The notes below the pieces were generated by a model. That model was not told the DNA's origin. It saw nothing but the letters and a program-made list of their open reading frames with translations, and ran no database searches. Positions 1-8,312 of a stretch of DNA of 64,000 nt are shown one piece after another. This DNA comes from Burkholderiales bacterium (GTDB lineage: Bacteria; Pseudomonadota; Gammaproteobacteria; Burkholderiales; Ga0077523): positions 2,895 through 66,894 of the forward strand of contig JBIIUM010000001.1 in NCBI GenBank assembly GCA_044339985.1, written 5' to 3'. Position numbers and translations under genes: made by a program. The stretch's first letter is position 1, and every line of letters starts with the position of its first letter.

Positions 1-736
1 GCGTGTACACCACGTCAGTGGCCTGCGCAGCGACGATTCCCTGCTTGTAGGCCTCCGTGGCATTGGCCTCGCGAGTGGCGATGAAGCGCGTGCCCACGTA
101 CGCGAAATCCGCCCCCATCGCCTCGGCCGCCAGCACGCCAGCCCCGTCGGTGATGGACCCGGACAGCAGGATCACGCCATCGTAGAAACGTCGCACCTCC
201 CGCAGCAGGGCAAAGGGGCTGAGCGTCCCCGCGTGACCACCCGCACCCGCGCACACCAGAATGAGGCCGTCCACACCGGCGTCCAGCGCTTTCTTCGCGT
301 GACGCACGCTGATCACGTCGTGGAACACCAGCCCGCCGTAGCCATGGATGCGCGGCACGATGGCGCCAGGCGCGCTCAGGCTGGTGATGATGATCGGCAC
401 CTCATGGCGCACGCAGGCGTCGATATCGTGCGCCAGCCGGTCATTGGAAGGGTGGATGATCTGGTTCACCGCGAAGGGCGCCACCTTCGCGCCGGGATAG
501 GCTGCCCGATGCGCCGCCAGGGCGGCCTTGATCTGCAGCAACCACTCGTCGAGCTTCTCGGCGGGCCGTGCGTTCAGTGCGGGGAAGGAGCCCACCACGC
601 CACCGAGGCATTGGGCGATCACCAGGTCCGGGTTGGAAATGATGAACAACGGCGCGCCCACCACGGGGATGGAGAGCTGGCTGCGCAGGCGCTGGGCCAC
701 ACTGATGGCGGCCGGGACGGCGTTGGCAAGGGTCAT
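1..736 (-). CDS. nitronate monooxygenase / 2-nitropropane dioxygenase family (NMO); C-terminal end cut by the window edge
   Basis: Own minus-strand translation from ATG (complement of 734-736): MTLANAVPAAISVAQRLRSQLSIPVVGAPLFIISNPDLVIAQCLGGVVGSFPALNARP...GADFAYVGTRFIATREANA. This is the typical NMO FMN-barrel pattern. It is absent from the ORF track because it runs off the window. Confidence 0.8.
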   Translation of the reverse strand, partial: MTLANAVPAAISVAQRLRSQLSIPVVGAPLFIISNPDLVIAQCLGGVVGSFPALNARPAEKLDEWLLQIKAALAAHRAAYPGAKVAPFAVNQIIHPSNDRLAHDIDACVRHEVPIIITSLSAPGAIVPRIHGYGGLVFHDVISVRHAKKALDAGVDGLILVCAGAGGHAGTLSPFALLREVRRFYDGVILLSGSITDGAGVLAAEAMGADFAYVGTRFIATREANATEAYKQGIVAAQATDVVYT

Positions 737-847
737 GGCGGGGGCATCCGGTGGCGCAAAGTCGCGCACCCTGCTCCAGGCCCGCGGCCGCCGTCAAGGC
801 CACGGCTATACTTCGTCCACCATAACGACATGCAGGGAGGGAACACC

Positions 848-1438
848 ATGGGCGACCTGCTCGACGCCACAGCCTCGTTCAGGATCATGTCCGAGAGCAC
901 CAGGGCCGACTGGGAGATCATCACCACCCGCTACGTGCCCTTCGCCCGCGAGCTGCCCGACCGGATCCTCGCGCACCTGAAGCTGCTCGGAGGAGACGCC
1001 GGCGGCTTCGCCGTGGACCGGCTGCAGCACTCGCTGCTCACCGCCACGCTGGCGCATCGCAATGGCGAGGACGAGGAGACCGTGGTGTGCGCCCTGCTGC
1101 ACGACATCGGCGACACCCTGGGTTCGTGGAACCACCCCGACGTGGGCGCCGCCATCCTGCAGCCGTTCGTGTCTGCGGAGAACCACTGGATGGTCCAGAA
1201 ACACGGCATCTTCCAGGGCTACAACTTCTTCCACCACATCGGTCTCGATCGCAACATGCGCGAGCAGTTCCGCGGCCACCCCTGCTTCGAGCGCACGGCG
1301 CGCTTCGTGGACCTGTACGACAACCGCGCCTTCGATCCGGACATGGACTGTGCGCCGCTGGAGTTCTTCGAACCCATGGTGAGGCGCCTGTTCGCCCAGC
1401 CGAAGAATTCAATCTACAAGGACACCTGCCCGATGTGA
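848..1438 (+). CDS. HD-domain protein, PhnZ-like (HD-domain oxygenase/phosphohydrolase family)
   Basis: Internal ATG at 848 of ORF 233..1438; the upstream part of that ORF is an antisense shadow of the NMO gene. Motifs HSLLTATLAHRNGEDEETVVCALLHDIGD and HHGIFQGYNFFHHIGLDRN resemble PhnZ-type HD proteins. Confidence 0.8.
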   Translation: MGDLLDATASFRIMSESTRADWEIITTRYVPFARELPDRILAHLKLLGGDAGGFAVDRLQHSLLTATLAHRNGEDEETVVCALLHDIGDTLGSWNHPDVGAAILQPFVSAENHWMVQKHGIFQGYNFFHHIGLDRNMREQFRGHPCFERTARFVDLYDNRAFDPDMDCAPLEFFEPMVRRLFAQPKNSIYKDTCPM

Positions 1439-1472
1439 CCTCGCGGTCGCGTCGCAACCCGGAGGATTCGCC

Positions 1473-2492
1473 GTGAACAACCTGCTGCGCGCGGCGAGCG
1501 TCGCCGCCCTGCTCGCCGCCCTGCCAGCCACCGCCCAGGAGGTGGTTCTCAAGGTCCACCATTTCCTGCCGCCGCCCTCCACCGGCCACCAGAAGGTGGT
1601 GATGCCCTGGTGCGAGCGCATCGAGAAGGCCTCGGCCGGACGCATGAAGTGCCAGGTATTCCCCGCCATGCAGATGGGCGGCACGCCGGCCCAGCTCTAC
1701 GACCAGGCGAAGGACGGGGTGGCGGACGTGGTGTGGACGGTCACCGGCTACACCGCCGGCCGCTTCCCGAAGACCGAGGTCTTCGAGCTGCCCTTCATCA
1801 TGACCGACGCCGAGGCCACCGCCCGGGCCATGTGGGACTTCGCCGCCGGGCCTGCCGCCGAGGAATTCGCCGAGGTGAAGCCGCTCGCCCTCCATCCCCA
1901 CGGCGGTGGCGCGCTGCACGTGGTGAAGAAGCCGGTGCGCACGCTGGCCGACTTCCGCGGCCTGAAACTGCGTGCACCCACGCGGCTCACCACCCGCATG
2001 CTGGCGGCCTTCGGCGCCACGCCCGTGGGCATGCCCGTGCCCCAGGTGGCCGAATCCCTGTCCAAGGGCGTGATCGACGGCGCCGTGCTGCCCTGGGAAG
2101 TGGTTCCCGCCCTCAAGGTCCAGGAATTGGTGAAGTTTCACACCGAACTCGACAAGTCCCAGCCGGCGCTCTACACCACCGTGTTCGTGCTCGCCATGAA
2201 CAAGGCGCGCTACGCATCGCTGCCCCCCGACCTGAAGAAGATCGTCGACGCCGAGAGCGGCCCCGAGCTGTCGGCCCGGGCTGCTCGCGCCTTCGTGGAA
2301 TCCGACGCCAGCGGCCGCGCCACTGCCTCGGGCAACACCATCTTCACCCTTCCGGCCGCGGAGGTGGAGGCGTGGCGCAAGGCTGCCCAGCCGGTCACCG
2401 ACGGCTGGGTGAAGGACATGAACGGCCGCGGCGCCGACGGCGCCGCCCTGCTCGCTACTGCGCGCGAGCTGATCGCCAAGCGAAGCCGCTAG
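1473..2492 (+). CDS. TRAP transporter substrate-binding protein (DctP family)
   Basis: 339-aa ORF with GTG start and signal peptide (AALLAALPATAQE). DctP-like sequence, followed by DctQ and DctM genes. Confidence 0.9.
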   Translation: MNNLLRAASVAALLAALPATAQEVVLKVHHFLPPPSTGHQKVVMPWCERIEKASAGRMKCQVFPAMQMGGTPAQLYDQAKDGVADVVWTVTGYTAGRFPKTEVFELPFIMTDAEATARAMWDFAAGPAAEEFAEVKPLALHPHGGGALHVVKKPVRTLADFRGLKLRAPTRLTTRMLAAFGATPVGMPVPQVAESLSKGVIDGAVLPWEVVPALKVQELVKFHTELDKSQPALYTTVFVLAMNKARYASLPPDLKKIVDAESGPELSARAARAFVESDASGRATASGNTIFTLPAAEVEAWRKAAQPVTDGWVKDMNGRGADGAALLATARELIAKRSR

Positions 2493-2503
2493 GCACCCGC
2501 GCC

Positions 2504-3028
2504 GTGCAGGACGCCGCCCCGGCACAGGACCTGTCCAGCGAGCTGCCGACCGGTCCCGCCGGGCGCACCCTGCTGCGCCTGAACCAGGCGCTGGCGCTGG
2601 CTGGCAGCGCACTGTTGCTGGCCATGATGGGCCTTTCGGTGTGGAGCATCCTGGGCCGGCGGCTGTTCGACGCGCCCGTGGTGGGCGACTACGAGTGGGT
2701 GCAACTGGGCATGGCCGTTTGCGTGAGCGCTTTCCTGCCGCTCACGCAGATGCTGCGCGGCCATGTGATCGTGGACTTCTTCACCCTGCGGGCGCCCGCA
2801 CCCATAAGGCGCAGCCTCGATGCCCTGGGCGCATCGCTGATGGCTGGCTGCGCCGCGCTGCTCGCCTGGCGCCTCGGCGCAGGCGTGCTCGCCATGCGCG
2901 CCAGCGGCGAGGAAAGCATGCTCCTGGGGATCCCGCTGTGGATCGCCTACGCGGGCATGGTACCGTCCTTCGCGCTGCTGGCGCTGACGGGCCTCTACAC
3001 CGCCTTCCATGGGGTGCCGCGGGCTTGA
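2504..3028 (+). CDS. TRAP transporter small permease (DctQ family)
   Basis: C-terminal 174 codons of ORF 1610..3028 starting at GTG 2504. About four hydrophobic helices; lies between DctP and DctM. An alternative ATG start is at about 2624. Confidence 0.75.
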   Translation: MQDAAPAQDLSSELPTGPAGRTLLRLNQALALAGSALLLAMMGLSVWSILGRRLFDAPVVGDYEWVQLGMAVCVSAFLPLTQMLRGHVIVDFFTLRAPAPIRRSLDALGASLMAGCAALLAWRLGAGVLAMRASGEESMLLGIPLWIAYAGMVPSFALLALTGLYTAFHGVPRA

Positions 3029-4344
3029 GCGGTAACGCGCTGGCCCTGTGGGTGCTGGGTGGCATGCTGGCCCTGTTGGCGCTACGGGTGCCCATCGCCA
3101 TCGCCATGCTCGCCGCCGGCCTGGGCGGCTACGCCACGCTGCAGGGCTGGGACGCCCTGTTCGCCCACCTCAAGTCGGCGCCCTTCGGCCGTTTCGCCAA
3201 CTACGATCTCTCGGTGGTGCCGCTGTTCCTGCTGATGGGTAACCTCGCCTCGCGCGGCGGGCTGTCCGCGGCGCTGTTCCGCGCCGCCAATGCCTTCATC
3301 GGCCACTTCCGCGGCGGCATCGCCATGGCGGCGGTGGGCGCCTGCGCGGCCTTCGGCGCCATCTGCGGATCGTCCCTGGCCACGGCAGCCACCATGGGCC
3401 AGGTGGCGCTGCCCGAACTGCGGCGCTACCGCTATGACCCGGGCCTCGCGGCCGGCACCCTGGCTGCCGGCGGTACGCTGGGTATCCTGATCCCGCCGTC
3501 CATCGTGCTGGCCATCTACGCCATCCTGGCCGAGCAGAACATCGCGGTGCTGTTCACCGCGGCCCTCATTCCAGGCCTGCTGGCTGCCGCCGGATATCTC
3601 GCCACCATCGCCGTGGTGGTGCGCCTGAAGCCCGGCAGCGGACCGGCCGGGCCGCGCCACTCGGCGCGCGAGCAGCTGGCGGCGCTGGCGCAGGTCTGGC
3701 CCATCGCGGCGATCTTCGCCGTGATGCTGGGCGGCATGTACCTGGGCTGGTTCAATGCCACCGAGGGCGCGGCCATGGGCACCACGGCCACGCTGGTGCT
3801 GGCCGTGGTGCGAGGCCTGCGACTGCGCGGCCTGGTGGACGCCATGCTCGCCACCGCCCAGTCCACCGGCATGATCTTCCTCATCCTGCTGGGCGCCGAT
3901 CTGCTCAACGCCTTCCTGGCGCTGTCCCAGCTGCCGGCCAACCTCGCCACGGCGGTGCAGGGTGCGGGACTGCCGCCGCTGGCGGTGCTGCTGGCGGTGA
4001 TCGCCGTGTACGTGGTGCTGGGCTGCGTCATGGACAGCCTGTCCATGATCCTGCTCACCATCCCCATCTTCTTCCCCATGATCATGGGGCTGGACCTGTG
4101 GGGGCTGGCGCCCACCGAGAAGGCGGTGTGGTTCGGCGTGCTGGCGCTGATGGTGGTGGAGATCGGGCTGATTACCCCGCCCGTGGGCATGAACGTCTAC
4201 ATCATCACCGGCATCGCCCGCGACATCCCAATGGCTACAGCCTTCCGCGGCGTGGCGCCCTTCCTGGTGTCGGATGCCTGCCGGGTGCTGCTGCTGGTGT
4301 TCTTCCCCGCTCTGTCGCTCTGGCTGGTGCGGCTGATGCAGTAG
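3025..4344 (+). CDS. TRAP transporter large permease (DctM family)
   Basis: Hydrophobic polytopic protein in the frame of ORF 2641..4344. TTG at 3025 overlaps the DctQ stop (TTGA); GTG 3052 or ATG 3064 are alternatives. The N-terminus LGGMLALLALRVPIAIAMLAAGLGG is typical of DctM. Confidence 0.85.
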   Translation: MSGNALALWVLGGMLALLALRVPIAIAMLAAGLGGYATLQGWDALFAHLKSAPFGRFANYDLSVVPLFLLMGNLASRGGLSAALFRAANAFIGHFRGGIAMAAVGACAAFGAICGSSLATAATMGQVALPELRRYRYDPGLAAGTLAAGGTLGILIPPSIVLAIYAILAEQNIAVLFTAALIPGLLAAAGYLATIAVVVRLKPGSGPAGPRHSAREQLAALAQVWPIAAIFAVMLGGMYLGWFNATEGAAMGTTATLVLAVVRGLRLRGLVDAMLATAQSTGMIFLILLGADLLNAFLALSQLPANLATAVQGAGLPPLAVLLAVIAVYVVLGCVMDSLSMILLTIPIFFPMIMGLDLWGLAPTEKAVWFGVLALMVVEIGLITPPVGMNVYIITGIARDIPMATAFRGVAPFLVSDACRVLLLVFFPALSLWLVRLMQ

Positions 4345-4475
4345 GCGGGGTCAGGCGAGCCGATGCCGCTCGACCCGTTCCCGGTCCCAGTCGATGCCGA
4401 TGCCGGGCCCTTCTCGTCCAGCGCCCGGCAGCGCCGGAGCGCCCCCACCCGGATCGAGAGACTGGATGTAATCGC

Positions 4476-5208
4476 TCATGAGGGCCACGCCGTCGCCCAG
4501 GCGGCGGCGAGCGATCCGGACAGGATCACCTCGCCCGCCTCCAGCGCGATGCCCAGTTGTCCCAGCCGGTTGGCCAGCCACGCCACGGCGTTCGCGGGCG
4601 AGCCCAGCGCCGCGGCACCGGCGCCCGTGGCCACGATCTCGCCGTTCTTCTCCAGGACCATACCGCACAACGCAAGGTCCAGGCGGCGCGGATCGGCTAC
4701 GGTGCCACCGAGCACGAACAGCCCGGCGGAGGCGTTGTCAGCCTCGGTGTCCTGGATGCGGATCTTCCAGTCCCGGATGCGCGAGTCCACCACCTCGAAG
4801 CAAGGCACCACGAACTCGGTGGCCCGCAGGACCATCGGCCGACGTGATTCCGGGGCCCGCAAGCGTGCCCTTGAGCACGAACGCGATCTCGCCCTCGATC
4901 TTCGGGGCGATCAGCGCCGCCGCCTCGATGGCGTCGCCGTCGCTGCACAGCATGTCCGATAGCAGGTAGCCGAAGTCCGGCTGGTCCACGCCGAGCATGT
5001 TCTGCACGACCTTGCTCGTGAGGCCGATCTTCTTGCCCACGACCTTCAGCCCCGACTCGCGCCGGCGGGCAATCATCCGCTGCTGCACGGCATAGGCCTC
5101 GTCGACGGTCATGTCCGGGTACGCCTCGGTCAACGGCGCCACCGGTTACCGCGTGCGCCAGGCGTCGAACAGCGCATCTCCCAGCGTTGCGAGCGTCTCG
5201 GGCCTCAT
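4476..5208 (-). pseudogene. 2-keto-4-pentenoate hydratase / 2-oxohepta-3-ene-1,7-dioate hydratase family (MhpD/XylJ-like), disrupted
   Basis: ATG at 5208 has a GAGGAG RBS. Codon 21 is an in-frame TAA (5146-5148): MRPETLATLGDALFDAWRTR*PVAPLTEAYPDMTVDEAY. The frame switches near 4834-4840 (ITSAD / MVLRATEFVVPCFEVVDSRI), consistent with a 1-nt deletion. The C-terminus after SGSLAAA does not match the family. Confidence 0.75.
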
Positions 5209-5255
5209 GTGATCTCCTCTTGCATGCGTGGGTCGGCGGGCATGGCTTGCGCGGC

Positions 5256-6194
5256 TCAGCGCGCAGCCAGGCAGTCGGCGATGGCCCGGTCCACGTCGAA
5301 GGCAGGGACGTAGCCCAGGTCACGCCGGATGCGGTCGAAGTTCATCAGCGGGAACACGATCGGCGCCGGCGTGGTCGTGCAATCCACCTGGTATCCGGGC
5401 ACCTGACGTTCGATGGCGCGCACCAGTTCGGCATAGGTGGTGGTGAAGCTGTTCAGGTGATAGAGCCTTTCCAGCGGCCGCGCGGCGTCCACCGCCAGTC
5501 GCAGGGCCGCGGCCACGTCCTTCACGTGCACGAGGTCGAAGGGCTCCGCGGGCACCTGGATGCTGTCCTTCCTGCCGGGGGCGGCATCGGCCAGCAGCGC
5601 ATTGAGCGCGGCGATCACCCCCCCGTACCAGCGGCCGGGGCCGAACACGACGGACAGGCGGAAGGTGGCCACTTCCATGCCATATCGGTCGATGAAGTAC
5701 TGCGCCACCTGCTCCCCCATGGCCTTGGAAAGGCCATAGCCCGTCGTGGGATGCGCTTCGGCAGTTTCGTCGATGTGCGTGTCCGGATACATGGCCGCCG
5801 GGCCGAACGCCACCAGGGACCCGGTCACGAGTGCGCGCCGCACGCCGCGGCGACGCGCCACGTCCAGCACGTTGAACAGCCCGATGGTGTTGACTCCCAT
5901 CGCCCTTGCAGGATCGGTCTCGCCTGTGGCTGCGAGGCCGGCGGCGTTGGCATTGTGACCAGCCGACCAGATGACCACTTCCGGCGCCGCCGCGTCGAAA
6001 GCCGACTCGATGTGGGCAATCGCCTCGGCCGAGCCGGTCACCATCTGCACCTGGCCGGCCAGGTCCGGCATCAGGTCCACGGACATGGGCAGGCCGAAGC
6101 CCGTGACGCGGTGTCCGGCGGCGACGAGCGCCCGCGCCGCGTGCGATCCGACGAAGCCGTTGGCACCGACGAGGAGGATGGACTGGCGAGTCAT
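5256..6194 (-). CDS. NAD-dependent epimerase/dehydratase family protein (extended SDR)
   Basis: 312-aa ORF with an N-terminal Rossmann motif ILLVGANGFVGSH and a YGLSK catalytic Y-x-x-x-K. Confidence 0.8.
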   Translation of the reverse strand: MTRQSILLVGANGFVGSHAARALVAAGHRVTGFGLPMSVDLMPDLAGQVQMVTGSAEAIAHIESAFDAAAPEVVIWSAGHNANAAGLAATGETDPARAMGVNTIGLFNVLDVARRRGVRRALVTGSLVAFGPAAMYPDTHIDETAEAHPTTGYGLSKAMGEQVAQYFIDRYGMEVATFRLSVVFGPGRWYGGVIAALNALLADAAPGRKDSIQVPAEPFDLVHVKDVAAALRLAVDAARPLERLYHLNSFTTTYAELVRAIERQVPGYQVDCTTTPAPIVFPLMNFDRIRRDLGYVPAFDVDRAIADCLAAR

Positions 6195-6251
6195 GGCGGA
6201 GGATTCCCTGGTCAGTCGCGCATCGGAGGCGTGCGGGTTAGTCGAGGGCGG

Positions 6252-6746
6252 TCAGTCGGGACCGGGCGGGCCGGAGTTCAGCCGACCTCCCGCTGACGGA
6301 CCCGGGCTGGCGGGCGCTGTGCGGACGCCTCGCGGGGTCGTACCCCAGGCCCGGACGAAGGCACGATGGGTCGCCTCCAGCGCGTCGATGGCCGCGGGTG
6401 CGATCGGCGTCGCCGCCCGCTCCGCCAGCGCCCCTTCGAGCAGGCTGCGGGTCAGTTGTGTCTCGCGCCGTTCCTCGGCGCCGGGCAAGGGGACCGAGAT
6501 CGCTGTCGCGGCCCGCATGGTCAGCGCGCCCTCGCTCACCAGGCGGAAGACTGCATCCCTGACGGGAGTGACACTCACGCTGAACTGCTCCGCGATGGAA
6601 CCGATCCGCAGCCGCTCGCCGCGCGCATGCGGCCCGCTCATGAGCGCCATGGGGATGCGTCGATATGCGATCTCGGACAGGTTGGCACAGTCGATCTTGC
6701 CCGCGTCGGCAATGCCATCCCGCGCGCCTTCGGATGCCAGCCTCAC
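6252..6746 (-). CDS. GntR-family transcriptional regulator, apparently C-terminally truncated (FCD domain incomplete)
   Basis: Winged-HTH signature RLRIGSIAEQFSVSVTPVRDAVFRLVSEGAL. GTG start at 6746 is inferred. Only about 45 residues of the effector domain precede an unrelated Pro/Gly-rich tail and the stop, 58 nt before the next gene. Confidence 0.55.
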   Translation of the reverse strand: MRLASEGARDGIADAGKIDCANLSEIAYRRIPMALMSGPHARGERLRIGSIAEQFSVSVTPVRDAVFRLVSEGALTMRAATAISVPLPGAEERRETQLTRSLLEGALAERAATPIAPAAIDALEATHRAFVRAWGTTPRGVRTAPASPGPSAGGRLNSGPPGPD

Positions 6747-6853
6747 TTCACGCCTCGCTGCTCGACGACGTCGCGCATGTCCTGTGGCCCCGACCGGAAA
6801 ACATATGATGCCTGGCATTCCACCGTGCGACGCAGCGCAAGCCGGGCGCTTCC

Positions 6854-7714
6854 CTACCGCAACGGGCACTGCTGCGCCTCACCGAGCCGGATGTGGAACC
6901 GGTCGGTCACGGCGCTGCCGAAGGTCGCGCCCAGGGCAGTTTCGAAGGACTGTGAGGGCTGCGGCACGAATCGCAACGGCAGCATGTCGAAGGCGTAGTC
7001 CTCGAACTCGTCCACGCCGACTTCCCCGACGTCGCGCCAGGTGATGGCGTATCCCCAGGTCCAGCCGACGAGCGCAGCGACTTCGTAGCGGTCATCGGCC
7101 GCCTGCTCACGATCGGCCCCCTGTTGCGCGGAGATGACGCACACCAGCCAGGTTTCGAACTCCATGCGGACCGAACCGTGCCGGCGCGCGCTCGCGAGGA
7201 ACGCCCGCGGCCTGTCCTCGAAAAGCGGGAAGTCGCCCTCGTCGAACCAAGGCAGCGCATCGAAGCCCTGCTCCACGAGGCGGAACCTACCCACGGCATC
7301 GGTCTCGGGACGCTGCATGCCGAAGGGTGGCGGATCCACGAATCGCACGGGCAGCGGCACGCCGGTATCACGCCGCCAGCGGAAGTCGTCGGCCTCGAAG
7401 CGCGTGAGCGCCTGGAGGTAGTGGAACTCACGCGCCTGCTCGCGAATGCCGCGGAAGCGACCGCGGATGTTGACGCCGTTGCGCTCGCGGCGCGGGATCG
7501 CGTCGTCGTCGTGGAACCGCCGGTACCACGAGATCTCCATCGACCCGCACACCACCTCGCCGCACCCCACCGGGCGGACCTGGGGCCGGAGCAGTTCGGG
7601 ACTGTCGGCACCGTCCACCGTCGGGCAGGTCACAAGGCCCGCGGCCGCGACCAGTCGTGCCAGCCACTTCGGAACACCGGCGAAGGCGCGCAGGGGAAGC
7701 ATCGCATCTATCAT
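6854..7714 (-). CDS. hypothetical protein (286 aa, W/F/D/E/R-rich, no recognisable domain)
   Basis: Internal ATG at 7714 of ORF 6854..8107 with a GAAGGGG RBS. The upstream part of that ORF overlaps the opposite-strand lipoprotein gene. Normal protein-like composition. Confidence 0.5.
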   Translation of the reverse strand: MIDAMLPLRAFAGVPKWLARLVAAAGLVTCPTVDGADSPELLRPQVRPVGCGEVVCGSMEISWYRRFHDDDAIPRRERNGVNIRGRFRGIREQAREFHYLQALTRFEADDFRWRRDTGVPLPVRFVDPPPFGMQRPETDAVGRFRLVEQGFDALPWFDEGDFPLFEDRPRAFLASARRHGSVRMEFETWLVCVISAQQGADREQAADDRYEVAALVGWTWGYAITWRDVGEVGVDEFEDYAFDMLPLRFVPQPSQSFETALGATFGSAVTDRFHIRLGEAQQCPLR

Positions 7715-7813
7715 CCCCTTCAACCTTTGCGGGTGGCAACCCCCGGGGCGGCCATTTGGGCCCCTGGCACGACGAGCCACCGCTCGAACGCACCGGAAAG
7801 GAGAGTCTCCAAA

Positions 7814-8194
7814 ATGTCCGTCATGCAACGCGCGTTGCCGGTCATCTTCGCCGGTTTGCAGGCCACCGCGGCTTCGGCCGGCTGCTCGCCGGATGATTTC
7901 CCGATCACCCTCACCCGGTTCGAGTGGGTCGACACCTGCACCGGCTCCCCCTGCCCGACCCTCAAGGCCGAAGGCGAGATCGAGAACCGCTGCGACCTCG
8001 CCCTCGGTGCCCGCGTCAAGCTGCGGGCCCTGGATGCCCGGGGTGAGGTCGTCGTGGTGTCGCAACTGTGGCCCTTCGGCTCGCGCAACCTCCCGCCCGG
8101 CCGCCACGTGATCTCCTTCGACCAGTGGATCGGATACGACCCGGCCAGCGCCTCATTCACCGTGGAGGTCGCCGAACTGCGCTTCTGGCGCTGA
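7814..8194 (+). CDS. small lipoprotein (126 aa), function unknown
   Basis: ATG at 7814 within ORF 7124..8194. Signal peptide plus lipobox: MSVMQRALPVIFAGLQATAASAG-C. Confidence 0.6.
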   Translation: MSVMQRALPVIFAGLQATAASAGCSPDDFPITLTRFEWVDTCTGSPCPTLKAEGEIENRCDLALGARVKLRALDARGEVVVVSQLWPFGSRNLPPGRHVISFDQWIGYDPASASFTVEVAELRFWR

Positions 8195-8312
8195 GCCCCC
8201 CGCAAGGTACGCCGCGAGAAGCCGCCGGCCCGGCCCGCCGGGCGGGTACAATGCGCGGCTTTTTCGACACGGCCCCGCCCCGCGGGCCGTATCCATCGGG
8301 CAGCCTCCACGC

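Noticed and set aside
1038-2612. 524-aa minus-strand ORF overlapping the HD-protein and DctP genes
   Set aside because: Its Arg/Gly/Ala-rich, low-complexity translation is typical of antisense shadow ORFs in high-GC DNA. The opposite strand encodes clearly recognisable proteins.
4351-4668. 105-aa minus-strand ORF as an independent gene
   Set aside because: Most of it is out-of-frame overlap with the hydratase pseudogene. Only the last 40 or so codons look protein-like (enolase-superfamily-type C-terminus), so it was treated as a remnant within the pseudogene finding.
6854-8107. Full 417-aa minus-strand ORF as one gene
   Set aside because: Its first 131 codons are antisense to the lipoprotein gene and its control region, and they are Gly/Arg/Ala-rich. 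The ATG at 7714, which has an RBS, was taken as the start.
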